Below are positions 11,531 to 21,895 of a stretch of DNA of 64,000 nt, one piece after another. The notes beneath the pieces are model-generated. The model saw nothing but the letters and a program-made list of their open reading frames with translations, did no database searches and was not told the origin of the DNA. The stretch comes from Candidatus Poribacteria bacterium (GTDB lineage Bacteria > Poribacteria > WGA-4E > WGA-3G), in the NCBI GenBank assembly GCA_963665235.2, contig CAXXLX010000001.1, forward strand, positions 2,400,001 through 2,464,000, given 5' to 3'. Made by a program: the position numbers and the translations under genes. Every line of letters starts with the position of its first letter. Position 1 is the stretch's first letter.

Positions 11531-11706
11531 AAATAATCACGTGTGCCTATATTGTGGATTTATTATAATAAGTGGCAAACTTTCTGCAAAACCTTACAAA
11601 AATCTCATTTTTTTAAAAATAACCACGTGTGCCTATATTGTGGGTTTATTATAATAAGTGGCAAACTTTCTGCAAAACCTTACAAAAATCTCATTTTTTT
11701 AAAAAT
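11531..11706. repeat. 86-bp tandem duplication (2 copies) containing a minus-strand sigma70-like promoter for the ECF gene
   Basis: Units start at 11531 and 11617 with about 2 mismatches; minus strand reads TTGCAG-16-TATAAT in each. Confidence 0.85.
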
Positions 11707-11780
11707 TAAGTTGCAATATGGCTGGGCTATTTTAATTGCTTGATTTATTTGAAAAAATATGGACAGAGAGTGAGGCATAG

Positions 11781-11810
11781 TTGAAAAAGTTAACACATTT
11801 CGTGTATAAT
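11781..11810 (+). promoter_or_regulatory. Sigma70-like promoter TTGAAA-18-TATAAT
   Basis: Consensus-like hexamers upstream of the Rpn-like remnant; 21 bp identical to the fabD upstream promoter. Confidence 0.5.
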
Positions 11811-11831
11811 GTTAGATAAGTGTACGCCGTA

Positions 11832-12489
11832 TTGGCGAAAGGAGATAAAGGGGCAGTCGTTGACACTATTTCTAAAGATTATGTTCAGGAACACCCTGAT
11901 GATTTTACAAACTTTTGTATAGGTGACAAAGAGTTCACTGTCCTGGAAATCAACCAATAGTCAGTTCTATAAGCCCAACCAACGGGCGGGCTGGATATAA
12001 GGTGGTATCCGTTTTTTCATAATTGTTTCCTCAACGAACCGCAAGGAAATATCAAAAATTCCCTTTACGCCGTTGATGGAGCGTCCAGCGGGTGTAGATT
12101 CGGAGGCGTGGTTTCGGCGGTGTGTTCAAGCTGCGGCGCGCGCAGATGTGCCAGATGCATCTGAATATATTGGGAGCATGGCTATTTTAGGCAATTTAGT
12201 TTATGATATGAAGATGATTTTAACGATTGTATCGAAGGAGACGATGTACGAATTAGATATTATCCGACACCTAACAGAGAAAGCGACAGCGGAAGCGCGA
12301 GCGGAAACACTACAGGAAGGTATATTTGATGTGTTAACCCTTCGCTTACAGTCCGATGCTGCACTTCGCTTTAAACCCACATTGGAGCAAATCGACGACC
12401 CGCAGCAGCTTGCGGCACTGCTCCGCGCTGCGGCGTTGGCGAACACACTCGAAGACTTCGAGCAGGTTTTGGAAGAAACCGAAGAGTGA
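11832..12489 (+). pseudogene. Rpn/DUF4351-like (PD-(D/E)XK family) gene remnant with central region lost
   Basis: N-terminal piece MAKGDKGAVVDTISKDYVQEHPDDF..* (11832-11960), about 100 bp of unrelated sequence, then PFTPLMERP..C-terminal helical domain LEQIDDPQQLAALLRAAALANTLEDFEQVL. Confidence 0.55.
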
Positions 12490-12513
12490 ACGCACTAGAA
12501 GGAATATTTGAAA

Positions 12514-13239
12514 ATGTCAAATCAAAATCACAAACTAAACGCAGAAGAGATCGACCAGTTTCGGAGGGATGGTTACCTCGGTCCTTATACGCTCTGTAAT
12601 CCTGATGAAATGCAGACGATGCACCCCGAAATTGAACGGATACTTGAAACCGACGCACCTGACCATAAAAACAGGGTGCATAACCGGCATCTCGATTTTC
12701 CACTGATTCACGACCTTGCCACGCACCCTGCTATTGTCAAGCGGATGGCAGCTCTCTACGGACCCGATTTGCTGCTGTGGCGAACCAACTTTTTTGTCAA
12801 GGAGCCCGGCGCAAAGGAGATTCCGTGGCACCAAGATTTTAACTACTGGCCCGTTGAACCGCCTGTTATCATTTCAGCATGGATTGCTGTTGATGCTGCT
12901 ACGTTGGAAAACAGCTGTCTCCAAATTGTGCCAGGGTCACATCGAAAAGTAATACCGCACGTGAAAGCTACATCCGACATGGCGTTTGGACTGATGGGCG
13001 ACCTCAATTTCGTTGATACAAGCAACATCGTCAGTCTAGAGATGCAACCGGGGGAATTTGTCCTTTTTAATGAACGCACCCTGCATCATTCAGAGGCGAA
13101 TCGCTCCGATAAAAGACGTATCGGCCTGGCTGTCCGCGTCATCATCCCGATTGTCAAAGTTTTTAACTGGGACTCGCCCAAGCACGAATTAATTGTAATT
13201 CATGGGAAAGATTCTGCTCAATTTAATGAAAGGAGCTAA
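12514..13239 (+). CDS. Phytanoyl-CoA dioxygenase (PhyH) family protein
   Basis: FRRDGYL, PWHQD, WIAVD..ENSCL.IVPGSH, LHHSEANRSDKRR. Confidence 0.9.
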   Translation: MSNQNHKLNAEEIDQFRRDGYLGPYTLCNPDEMQTMHPEIERILETDAPDHKNRVHNRHLDFPLIHDLATHPAIVKRMAALYGPDLLLWRTNFFVKEPGAKEIPWHQDFNYWPVEPPVIISAWIAVDAATLENSCLQIVPGSHRKVIPHVKATSDMAFGLMGDLNFVDTSNIVSLEMQPGEFVLFNERTLHHSEANRSDKRRIGLAVRVIIPIVKVFNWDSPKHELIVIHGKDSAQFNERS

Positions 13240-13241
13240 CG

Positions 13242-14258
13242 ATGAACCGTCAAATTACACTGGCTGCACGACCGGTCGGCTATCCGAAAGAATCGGATTT
13301 TAAACTCGTTGAAACCGATATTCCGACCCCGGAAGCGGGGCAAGTGCTTATAAAAACTATCTATCTCTCTGTCGACCCGTATATGCGGGGCCGTATGAAT
13401 GCAGCTCGCTCTTACGCTGCCAATGTTGAATTCAGCGAGGTGATGGTCGGTGGGGTTATTGCACAGGTTGTTGAATCGAGACATCCCGATTTTAAGGCAG
13501 GCGATATTGTGAACGCGCATATAGGGTGGCAAGAATACGGGGTCTCGCGCGGAGAAGAGTTGCGGAAAATTGACCCGGAGATTGCCCCTATTTCAACAGG
13601 CATCGGTATACTCGGCATGCCGGGGTTGACCGCCTACTTCGGGCTGCTTGAAGTCGGACAACTCCATGACGGTGAAACAGTGTTCGTCTCCGGCGCAGCT
13701 GGGGCAGTCGGTTCCGTTGTAGGACAGATTGCGAAAATCAAAGGATGCAGGGTTGTCGGCTCCGCAGGAACAGATGAAAAAATCGCATATCTCCTCGATG
13801 AACTCGGTTTTGATGCAGCTTTCAACTACAAGAACGTCACAGACTATCACGCCAAACTTGCCGAACTCTGCCCCGATGGTATAGATGTCTATTTTGACAA
13901 CGTCGGTGGACGTATCACGGATGCTGTCTTTCCCAATTTAAGGATTAAAGGACGGGTGGTTATCTGCGGACAAATTTCACAATATAACCTACAAAATCCG
14001 GAAACAGGGCCCCGCTTTCTTTGGCATCTCATTACCAAACGGGCGCGAATTGAAGGGTTTCTCGTCTTTGAATTTGCCGATAGGCACCCGGAAGCACTCG
14101 CTCAAATGGCAACGTGGGTTCAGCAGGGAAAGTTGAAATATCGAGAGACAGTCGCTGATGGCGGTATTGAAAACGCACCCGCTGCATTTATCAGCATGCT
14201 CAAAGGCGGCAATATTGGCAAACAGCTCGTCAAAATCGCAGATGTGACTGAGGGTTGA
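13242..14258 (+). CDS. NADP-dependent oxidoreductase (prostaglandin reductase/CurA-like MDR)
   Basis: YLSVDPYMRGRM, GMPGLTAYFGL, VSGAAGAVGS, DVYFDNVGG, GNIGKQLV. Confidence 0.92.
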   Translation: MNRQITLAARPVGYPKESDFKLVETDIPTPEAGQVLIKTIYLSVDPYMRGRMNAARSYAANVEFSEVMVGGVIAQVVESRHPDFKAGDIVNAHIGWQEYGVSRGEELRKIDPEIAPISTGIGILGMPGLTAYFGLLEVGQLHDGETVFVSGAAGAVGSVVGQIAKIKGCRVVGSAGTDEKIAYLLDELGFDAAFNYKNVTDYHAKLAELCPDGIDVYFDNVGGRITDAVFPNLRIKGRVVICGQISQYNLQNPETGPRFLWHLITKRARIEGFLVFEFADRHPEALAQMATWVQQGKLKYRETVADGGIENAPAAFISMLKGGNIGKQLVKIADVTEG

Positions 14259-14269
14259 TGGCTACTTAA

Positions 14270-16582
14270 ATGGGGAACAAAGTGCAAAGATATATCACTT
14301 TCTGGCAACGATTTTCACTCACTATACTGCTTATAACGCTGCACCTCCTCGGTACGTCTGATGTCACCTGCTATGAGGGACAGGCTGCCGAGCTTGCACA
14401 AGCACAACCGCAACAGGACGCTGCTACACGCCTCCAAATCTTGAACGCAATTCAAGCGGCGCATGACCATTACCATGAGCGGCGGTATGCTGAAGCTATT
14501 AAGGCATATCAAACCTTACTTAAAACGGAACTTCGGCAGAGCCAAGCGGATTCACTTCGGTTGATGTTAGGGCAAAGCTACGAAAAACTTGGCGAAGACG
14601 CTGAAGCACGGCTCGCCTATAAGCAGATTATTGACGAAAATCCGGATGGGGTCTACGCAACACAGGCGGCTAGTCAACTCGGTAACCTCTATCGGCAGCG
14701 TTACCAATTCGATGCCGCGCTGCTGCAATTCAAGCAGATTATAAAGCAACACCCCGATACGCAGGCTGCTGCTATCTCCGCATACCTTATCGGCTCATAT
14801 CAATACGTAGATGGTAAATATGATGAGGCAGTGGTAAGCTTCAAAAATTTCTTGGATAATTTTCCAACTTCACCCTATCGTTCAAGTGCTATCAGCAGCC
14901 TTATCCGCCTTTATACACAAAGCAAACGGTATGCCGAGGCTGAAAAGCTCCTCACTGAACGGATACAACAGAATCCTACTGACATCACCCTTTTGGAGGA
15001 ATTAGCGACACTTTACCAACAACAGGGGAAATACGATGAGGCATTAGAACTCTATCGCGGGACATTAGAACAGAACCCCGGCAACACAAGCCTCCGTCGA
15101 AAACTCGGTTCACTCTATGCTGAACTTGGGAAAATCGAACTTGCCAAAGCGGAATGGCAAAAATTGGTGGCAAACGATGCAAGTCAAAACCAACAACTCG
15201 GCGCGATTTATCTGGCACACAAGCTGTACCCGGAAGCAATTCAGGCGTATCAGCAAGCCATCCAAATGAATCCACAATACGGCTATCTCTACACACAGTT
15301 GGCAGCTGTTTACAAAATCCAGGGGAACATCGACGAAGCTCTCTCGACCTACTTGGATGCCTTACTACGTATCGGGCCCATCGGAAGTCAACGCGAAACG
15401 GTATGGAACGCAATGCTCGAAATCTACGAAGGTGAAAATCAAAAACCGCTACAAGAAAAACTCCTCGTGCAGCTTCAAGAGGCACAGCGAGCAACCCCCC
15501 AGAATCTCAACGTTACCCTTACCCTCGGAGAACTCTCGTTCTATGCGGGACAGTTCGAAAAGGCACTTGAAACCTTCGCAAAACTTCATCGAAGGTATCC
15601 TACCGCTATTGACGCAACGTTGGAAAGATATGCCCGCGTGCTAGAACGCAAACAAAATCCAGCAGCGGTCGGTTTCTATAAGACGTTGGTGCAGGTTACC
15701 GGAACAGCGTCGCAACGCACAAATGCCCAGTACAAACTCGCGCGCCTCTACCAAAAAATAGAGGCGTGGGATGAAGCGGCCACCCTTCTCAAGGAATTGA
15801 ACAGTGGCAGTGCCGCCTCTACTACTACGCAACTCCTGCTTGCACGGATACAATTACACGGGCACCGTGACCCGACAGCTGCACAAATCACTCTTCAACG
15901 GATGAATCTCCAGGGCGTAATCACCACGCAATCCATGGAAGTGCAAGTGCTATTGGGAGAATGCCACCTGCTCTTGAAAGCGTATACCCGCGCAAGGGAG
16001 GTGCTTGCGCCTATTGCGGACACCCCTAATCGTTTCCAAGCAGCTGCGCGAAAACTGATTGGCGACACCTACTTCTTCGCCGCAGATTTCGAAAAAGCAC
16101 ACAAGGCATATAAACAGGTCATCGGTATTTCAAAATCCGACCGGCTCACCAACGACGCACTCGAACGGATTATTCTCATCCAAGACCACCCGGACTATTT
16201 CAAGATGCCACTTACCGATTACGCCACTGCCCTGCAACACTATCTGAGTGGGGACACTGAAGCGGCTATAGCACAGTGTCAAAACACAATTTCACTTCAG
16301 CCGCAAGCACTAATCGTTGACGATATGTGGCTGCTGCTCGGCACTATCTATCAGAATCAGCGTGCAGACGCGGACGCTATTCGTGCATACCAGCAAATTA
16401 TTGAGATGGAAAGTCATCTCGCGGTGGATGCTTTGACGCAAATCGCCAAAATCTATCAGAAACAGAACGATTTCACAAATGCCTTGGATACCTACACCCT
16501 ACTGGTAACCAAATATCCGGATAACAGCATCATCCCGTATGCACGCCAACAGTTGGATGAAATTAAAAAGTTGATACAGTAG
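14270..16582 (+). CDS. Secreted tetratricopeptide repeat protein
   Basis: N-terminal hydrophobic segment followed by many TPR units (LGxxYxxxGxYxEA). Confidence 0.85.
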   Translation: MGNKVQRYITFWQRFSLTILLITLHLLGTSDVTCYEGQAAELAQAQPQQDAATRLQILNAIQAAHDHYHERRYAEAIKAYQTLLKTELRQSQADSLRLMLGQSYEKLGEDAEARLAYKQIIDENPDGVYATQAASQLGNLYRQRYQFDAALLQFKQIIKQHPDTQAAAISAYLIGSYQYVDGKYDEAVVSFKNFLDNFPTSPYRSSAISSLIRLYTQSKRYAEAEKLLTERIQQNPTDITLLEELATLYQQQGKYDEALELYRGTLEQNPGNTSLRRKLGSLYAELGKIELAKAEWQKLVANDASQNQQLGAIYLAHKLYPEAIQAYQQAIQMNPQYGYLYTQLAAVYKIQGNIDEALSTYLDALLRIGPIGSQRETVWNAMLEIYEGENQKPLQEKLLVQLQEAQRATPQNLNVTLTLGELSFYAGQFEKALETFAKLHRRYPTAIDATLERYARVLERKQNPAAVGFYKTLVQVTGTASQRTNAQYKLARLYQKIEAWDEAATLLKELNSGSAASTTTQLLLARIQLHGHRDPTAAQITLQRMNLQGVITTQSMEVQVLLGECHLLLKAYTRAREVLAPIADTPNRFQAAARKLIGDTYFFAADFEKAHKAYKQVIGISKSDRLTNDALERIILIQDHPDYFKMPLTDYATALQHYLSGDTEAAIAQCQNTISLQPQALIVDDMWLLLGTIYQNQRADADAIRAYQQIIEMESHLAVDALTQIAKIYQKQNDFTNALDTYTLLVTKYPDNSIIPYARQQLDEIKKLIQ

Positions 16583-16601
16583 TAGGATATGCATAAGCGG
16601 T

Positions 16602-16825
16602 AGAAGGATGGAGGGATGGAAGGTTGGAAGAATGGAAGGTAAGCCCGTCGGGGTCTATGCGACACGAAAGATATTAATCAACGTGAGTTTGAAAAAAAGT
16701 TTTCCCTAGTATGAGGAGCGGGCTGCTTGCCCGAATACTGGTTAGTCCCATAGGGACGATATATTTATAGAAGGTCCGTTTCTGCCCCAACTCTTAGTCC
16801 CGTAGGGACGATATCTTTATAGAGG
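16602..16825. repeat. Intergenic repeat cluster: TGGAAGGA-type octamers, palindrome gagcgggctgcttgcccgaatactg (16716-16740), two AGTCCC..GGGACGATAT units
   Basis: Directly visible repeats; octamer tracts recur near 33300, 46540 and 54140-54200. Confidence 0.7.
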
Positions 16826-16891
16826 TTAGTGCCAGCGGACATTTATTATCAAGCTCACGTTATTAATCAGAAAACAGAAGGAGGTAACCTT

Positions 16892-17914
16892 ATGGAAAAA
16901 TGGAACTTACCAGCAGGGGCTAAAGCCCGCCTTGGTAAAGGTTGTATAATTAGGATACGGTTTTCACCAGATGGAACGCGGTTAGCTGTTGGTGGTAGTA
17001 TCGGAGTTTGGATTTACGATGTCCAGACAGGGGAAGAACTTAACTTATTTATAGGGCATGTGGGTTGGGTTTTTAGCGTGTCGTTTAGTCCTGATGGTCA
17101 CATGATTGTTAGTGGGAGTTCGGACAACACTATTCGGCTATGGGACATTAGCACTGGAAAACTTGTCAGAACCCTCACAGGGCATAAGGGTTCGGTCAGT
17201 AGTGTATCGTTTAGTCGGGATGGTCACATGATTGTTAGTGGGAGTTCGGACAATACTGTTTGTCTATGGGACACAAACACAGGGAAACTTCTCAGCACCC
17301 TCACAGGACATACGGCTGATGTCAAAAGCGTGTCATTTAGTCCGGATGGGAATACCGTCGTTAGTGGGAGTTCGGACAATACTGTTTGTCTATGGGACAC
17401 AAACACAGGGAAACTTCTCAGCACCCTCACAGGACATACGGCTGATGTCAAAAGCGTGTCATTTAGTCCGGATGGGAATACCGTCGTTAGTGGGAGTTGG
17501 GACAACACTATTCGACTATGGGACGCACGGACCGGAGAACTTATCAGAAAAATCACGGGACATACGGATAATGTCAGTAGCGTATCGTTTAGTCCGGATA
17601 GCAATACCATCGTTAGTGGCAGTTCGGATGGGACTATTCGGCTATGGAAAGCGCGAACCGGAAAACTTATCATAACGCTCACTGGAGATATGGGTACGGT
17701 CTATAGCGTGTCGTTTAGTCCGGATGGCAGGACAATCGTTAGTGGCAGTTCGGATGGGACTGTTCGGCTATGGGGGACAAACACCGGACAACTTATCAGA
17801 ACACTTATAGGACATACTGGGGCGGTCAATAGCGTGTCATTTGGTCCGGATGGTCGCATGCTTGTTAGTGGGAGTGGTGACGGCACTATCCTGATATGGG
17901 AACTTGAACCTTAG
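16892..17914 (+). CDS. WD40 repeat protein
   Basis: Repeated GHxxxVxSVSFSPDGxxIVSGSxDxTIRLWD; N-terminal LPAGAKARLGKG; RBS aggagg. Confidence 0.95.
   Translation: MEKWNLPAGAKARLGKGCIIRIRFSPDGTRLAVGGSIGVWIYDVQTGEELNLFIGHVGWVFSVSFSPDGHMIVSGSSDNTIRLWDISTGKLVRTLTGHKGSVSSVSFSRDGHMIVSGSSDNTVCLWDTNTGKLLSTLTGHTADVKSVSFSPDGNTVVSGSSDNTVCLWDTNTGKLLSTLTGHTADVKSVSFSPDGNTVVSGSWDNTIRLWDARTGELIRKITGHTDNVSSVSFSPDSNTIVSGSSDGTIRLWKARTGKLIITLTGDMGTVYSVSFSPDGRTIVSGSSDGTVRLWGTNTGQLIRTLIGHTGAVNSVSFGPDGRMLVSGSGDGTILIWELEP
17234..17498 (+). repeat. Perfect 126-bp intragenic tandem duplication (one WD40 blade)
   Basis: 17234-17359 identical to 17360-17485. Confidence 0.85.
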
Positions 17915-18011
17915 GCGTGCCACGTATTTAATTGTAATCTTTACTATAAGACCGTTCAGGGGCGGGTGCTGGGACATCTGCCGCACCTTATCGAGTAGGA
18001 GAATATTCATT

Positions 18012-19034
18012 ATGTCAACATCCTCAAACGTTCGCGTCGCTATCTACGGATGCGGGAATTTTGCGAACCGCACCCGAATTCCGAACCTCCTGCAGCAGGA
18101 TGCTGTAGAAATTGTGGCGGCATGCGATAGCAGCACGAAAGCAGCGCAGGAAACAGCGAAACATTTCAACATCCCTCGCGCTTACCACAGCGAAAATGGC
18201 GGTGCACACAAAATGCTTGACGCTGAAACAATCGATGTGTTATACTCTATTGTACCGGCGTACGTGCGAACCGATGTTGAGATAACCGCTGCGCAAAAGG
18301 GTATCCATCTTTTCAGTGAAAAACCGCAAGCACTCACGATGCAGGTTGCTTGTAGTATTGACGAGGCTATCCAGCAAGCTGGCGTTATCAGCACAGTCGG
18401 ATTTCGCGAACGGTACCGCCCGCTTTTTCAAAAAGCGCGCGAATTTTTAAGCGATAAAACAGTGGTACATGTTCGTTTCCAAAGCTACGGCGGACTTCCA
18501 GCAAATGCGGATGCCGCTCCAAAAACCTGGTGGGCGGATATGAACAAATCCGGCGGCCGCGCATTAGACTGGGGTGTCCATGCAACCGATTACAGCCGGT
18601 TTATGACAGGATTAAACGTTGTCAAGGCACAAGCGTTCTATTGTGAACGTCCACCTTATGCGGCTCCACTCGCTTGTAGTTTTAATTACAGCTTCGACAA
18701 CGGTGCTACGATGACGCTCGGTTTCATCTCAGCCGGCCCGAGCCCGAAAGATGAACCGTGGTTTACCGTTTTCTACGAAGGCGGACATCTCACACTCTAC
18801 CGATACGATAGGATAGAAGTCAACGGTGAAACGATTTATCAGGCTGACGAATTCGATCCGTGGTTAGAGCAGGATAGCACTTTTATCCGTGCTGTTCAGA
18901 CCGGAGATGATAGTCCATTGCAAAGCGATTATCACGATGGGCTTTTCTCTTTAGCACCTGTCTTGGCAGGTTAGGAATCTGCTCGCCGCAATGGAGAATG
19001 TATTGATATAGAGACGTTCATGGATGTTTCTTAA
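18012..19034 (+). CDS. Gfo/Idh/MocA oxidoreductase with in-frame TAG at 18972 shortly before the likely true end
   Basis: IYGCGNFA, HLFSEKP, DWGVHATD; after PVLAG* the frame continues ESARRNGECIDIETFMDVS*. Confidence 0.8.
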
Positions 19035-19119
19035 AAGTTGGAGTTCGCTTACACCCTATCAACCACTAAAACTTAACCTAAACTTACGTTTTAATATTAT
19101 TTCATAAGGAGGAAAAATT

Positions 19120-19335
19120 ATGGATGCAAAATTGAAAAAGATTCAAATCACGCCAATGAAGTTTGACAAAGACGGGGACGTACAAAAAGAGGAATTTGCA
19201 ACACTCACAATTGAGGTCCCGATGGATAGCGCGGGACAACGCGCAGCTATTGTCGGTTTGCTCGAACTCCTCGCCCAGGAATGGGTTATCTTGGACGTTG
19301 AAGGCAAAACCCCAGGAGCTGCAAAAACCGTATAG
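19120..19335 (+). CDS. Small hypothetical protein (71 aa)
   Basis: Strong RBS aaggagg; ends 7 bp before the next gene. Confidence 0.7.
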   Translation: MDAKLKKIQITPMKFDKDGDVQKEEFATLTIEVPMDSAGQRAAIVGLLELLAQEWVILDVEGKTPGAAKTV

Positions 19336-19342
19336 GTCACTC

Positions 19343-20484
19343 ATGAAAAAAAGTTTTCTCTTTACACCGGGACCAACGCCAATACCGCCTGAGGCGTTGT
19401 TATCCATGGCGCAACCGATTGACTACCACCGAAGTCCCGCTGCGATAGCACTAATTCGGGACGTTCTGGAAAAACTCAAGCACGTCTTTCAAACAACGAA
19501 CGATGTGCTCTTCCTGACCTCCTCCGGCACGGGGGCAATGGAAGGGGCAGTTGCAAACCTGCTCTGCCGGGGGGATAAAGTGCTTGTGATTCGGAGCGGT
19601 AAATTCGGTGAACGGTGGCATGAAATCTGCACAGCGTTCGGGGTTGAAGTTATACCGATTGATGTTACATGGGGGGATTCTGTCGCACCGGAAGCGGTAG
19701 AATCCGAGCTAACCGCACATCCTGAGGTAAAAGCTGTTTTCGCCACACTCTGTGAAACGTCAACAGGTGCCCTGCACGACATTGAAACGTTAGCACGTTT
19801 GACGCAAACCCGGCCAACGTTGCTTGTTGTCGATGCTGTCAGTGCCCTCGGTGCTGACGATTTACAGATGGACAACTGGGGTGTGGACGTTGTCGTCTCC
19901 TGTTCACAGAAGGGGTTGATGACTCCCCCCGGACTCGCTTTTGCTGCCCTCAGTTCGCGTGCTTGGGATGCGGTAGCGCGGTCGGACCTCCCGAAATATT
20001 ACCTGGATTTCCGAAAAGCACATGAGCGCGGATTAGAAGGCTCGGTACCCTACACCCCTGCGATTACACTGCTTACGGCACTGCAATGCGCCTTAAATCG
20101 TATCTACGCGGAGGGAATTCGCAAGACGATTGCTCGCCACAACCGCTTGGCGATGGCAACACGGAGCGCGGTTAAGGCAATTGGACTCCCGCTGTTCGCT
20201 ACATCGCCTGCCAACACACTAACATCAGTCCGGTTGCCTGAAGCAATTGATGGAAAAGCATTTATCAAGCTAATGCGTGAAAAACACGGTATCACGTACG
20301 CAGGCGGACAAGGTGAGTTGGGCGGGAAAATTGTCAGAATTGCCCATCTCGGTTGGATGAATGAAAACGATGTTATCGTCGCCATTTCCGCGTTTGAGAG
20401 AGGCTTAGCCGAAATCGGGTATGATGTCCCGCTTGGCGCGGGGGTACCACCGCTGTACAGGAAGTTTTTGCACAGCAACGCTAA
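19343..20484 (+). CDS. Alanine-glyoxylate/serine-pyruvate aminotransferase (PLP class V), frameshift near 20445
   Basis: LFTPGPT, SSGTGAMEG, ETSTG, VDAVSALG, SQKGLMTPPG, RIAHLG; natural end TTAVQEVFAQQR* in a shifted frame after a G run. Confidence 0.88.
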
Positions 20485-20518
20485 CAGGAAGCGACTGCTG
20501 GTGCTAATTTTAAAAATT

Positions 20519-21795
20519 ATGGATGAAACCACACTTTTCGATGCCTCTTACGAAAAACGAAAAAAACCGCTGCTTACCCAAACGTTAGAGCGACTACGGC
20601 CTATCTATAGTCAGTCGGAGCTCAACGTCTTGCGTATCGACAGTACGAGCCGAGAGCGGTTAGCACAACGTTCCGGACGCGTGGATTTGTCAATCGGGAT
20701 ATTCTTGAAACTGTCCTCGGTAATTTGCTGGAATGTGTTGCGCCAGGGTCACATAATGCCCCCCATCTTCAGGATCAAAAACAGGAGCTCTCAGAAGCAC
20801 TTGAGGAGGTTGCAGCCCAATTGTATGCAATGGTGGCGCAATCGTTTTTAGCGGTTACAGACGAAACGCATCTTGAGGCGGCTCTTGAAACCGCCTTCTC
20901 CCTTCTCTGGGAACTCCCTCGACTTAAAAGTCGTGCGCTCTGGAACCGATTCGCCTCACTAAAAGACCCTGCTGTCTGGGATGCGTATCTGTTACATACC
21001 GGTATTTCTCGCGAAAAACTTGCAGCCCAGGATTTCCGAACACAAATTGATACCGCAATTCAGGAACGCACCTTTGAACCGTACGAAGATTTCCTTGGGA
21101 CGCTCAATCTATCTCATGTTTTGGATTATCAACTCCAACTTGTAGTCAGTACTTATCCCGGGTGGCGTGTGCTTTTCTATCACGATGTTGCGCACGCTTT
21201 GACGCGCAGCGAGTCGCCTGAAGGAAATCCGGACCTACACAGGGTGCCAGTACCGTTGTTACCCCGTGCCATTTCGGAACTCGGCGGGCGATATTACCAA
21301 GCCGATTTACACCCAGAAACGCAAATAGGGGACGCAAATTTCTTAGAACATCCACATCGCGGCGTGACAACTGGACAAACCGGCATTATCGGGTCTGGAT
21401 GCGTTATCTACCCTTGCACCTTGGGCGGTTTAAGCGTCAAAGTCAAACAACGGCACCCTACCATCGGCAACTTCGTAGAAATTGGCACGGACACGAGCTT
21501 ACTCGGGCCGGTTCAGGTTGCTGAGCGGACTACTGTCGGCACAAACACCGAAATTTATGGGTTTGTCGAAATTGAGCAAAAATGTCGGATCGGTTCGTCC
21601 GTCGTTATCGGAACTATCCGCGGTGCGGCTGAATATCCCGGAAAAATCTATATTGGGGATGAGGTTCGGATCGGAGATGGCACCGTTATTGAAAACACAT
21701 CAGAAATGGATCTGATTATACCGACCCGTTCACAGATTCCTGCGCGGAGTCACGTAGCAAACGACGGCTTCGGATTCCCACGATACGTGGCGTGA
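20519..21795 (+). CDS. Serine O-acetyltransferase-like hexapeptide-repeat protein with long N-terminal extension, frameshift near 20670
   Basis: ADLHPETQIG..FLEHPHRGVTTGQT..TLGG..RHPTIG plus hexapeptide repeats; start MDETTLFD in another frame, joined by adding one T at cgttccgg. Confidence 0.65.
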
Positions 21796-21895
21796 CTCAA
21801 GGAAATGATGGTTAAACTCACGTTACAATATTCAAAATCACTACAAGCAAATCGGAGGTGCGCTTGCAACAACCGCGCAAGCGTTTCGGAAACCA

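Noticed and set aside
8753-20700. Programmed frameshifting or phase variation as a general explanation of the single-base frameshifts (8760, 11255, 20445, 20670)
   Set aside because: All lie in short homopolymers and include likely housekeeping genes, so sequencing or consensus error is more parsimonious; cannot be resolved without reads
19163-20851. 562-aa ORF as a real fusion protein
   Set aside because: Artefact of an upstream in-frame extension plus a frameshift near 20445 joining the aminotransferase to the start of the next gene
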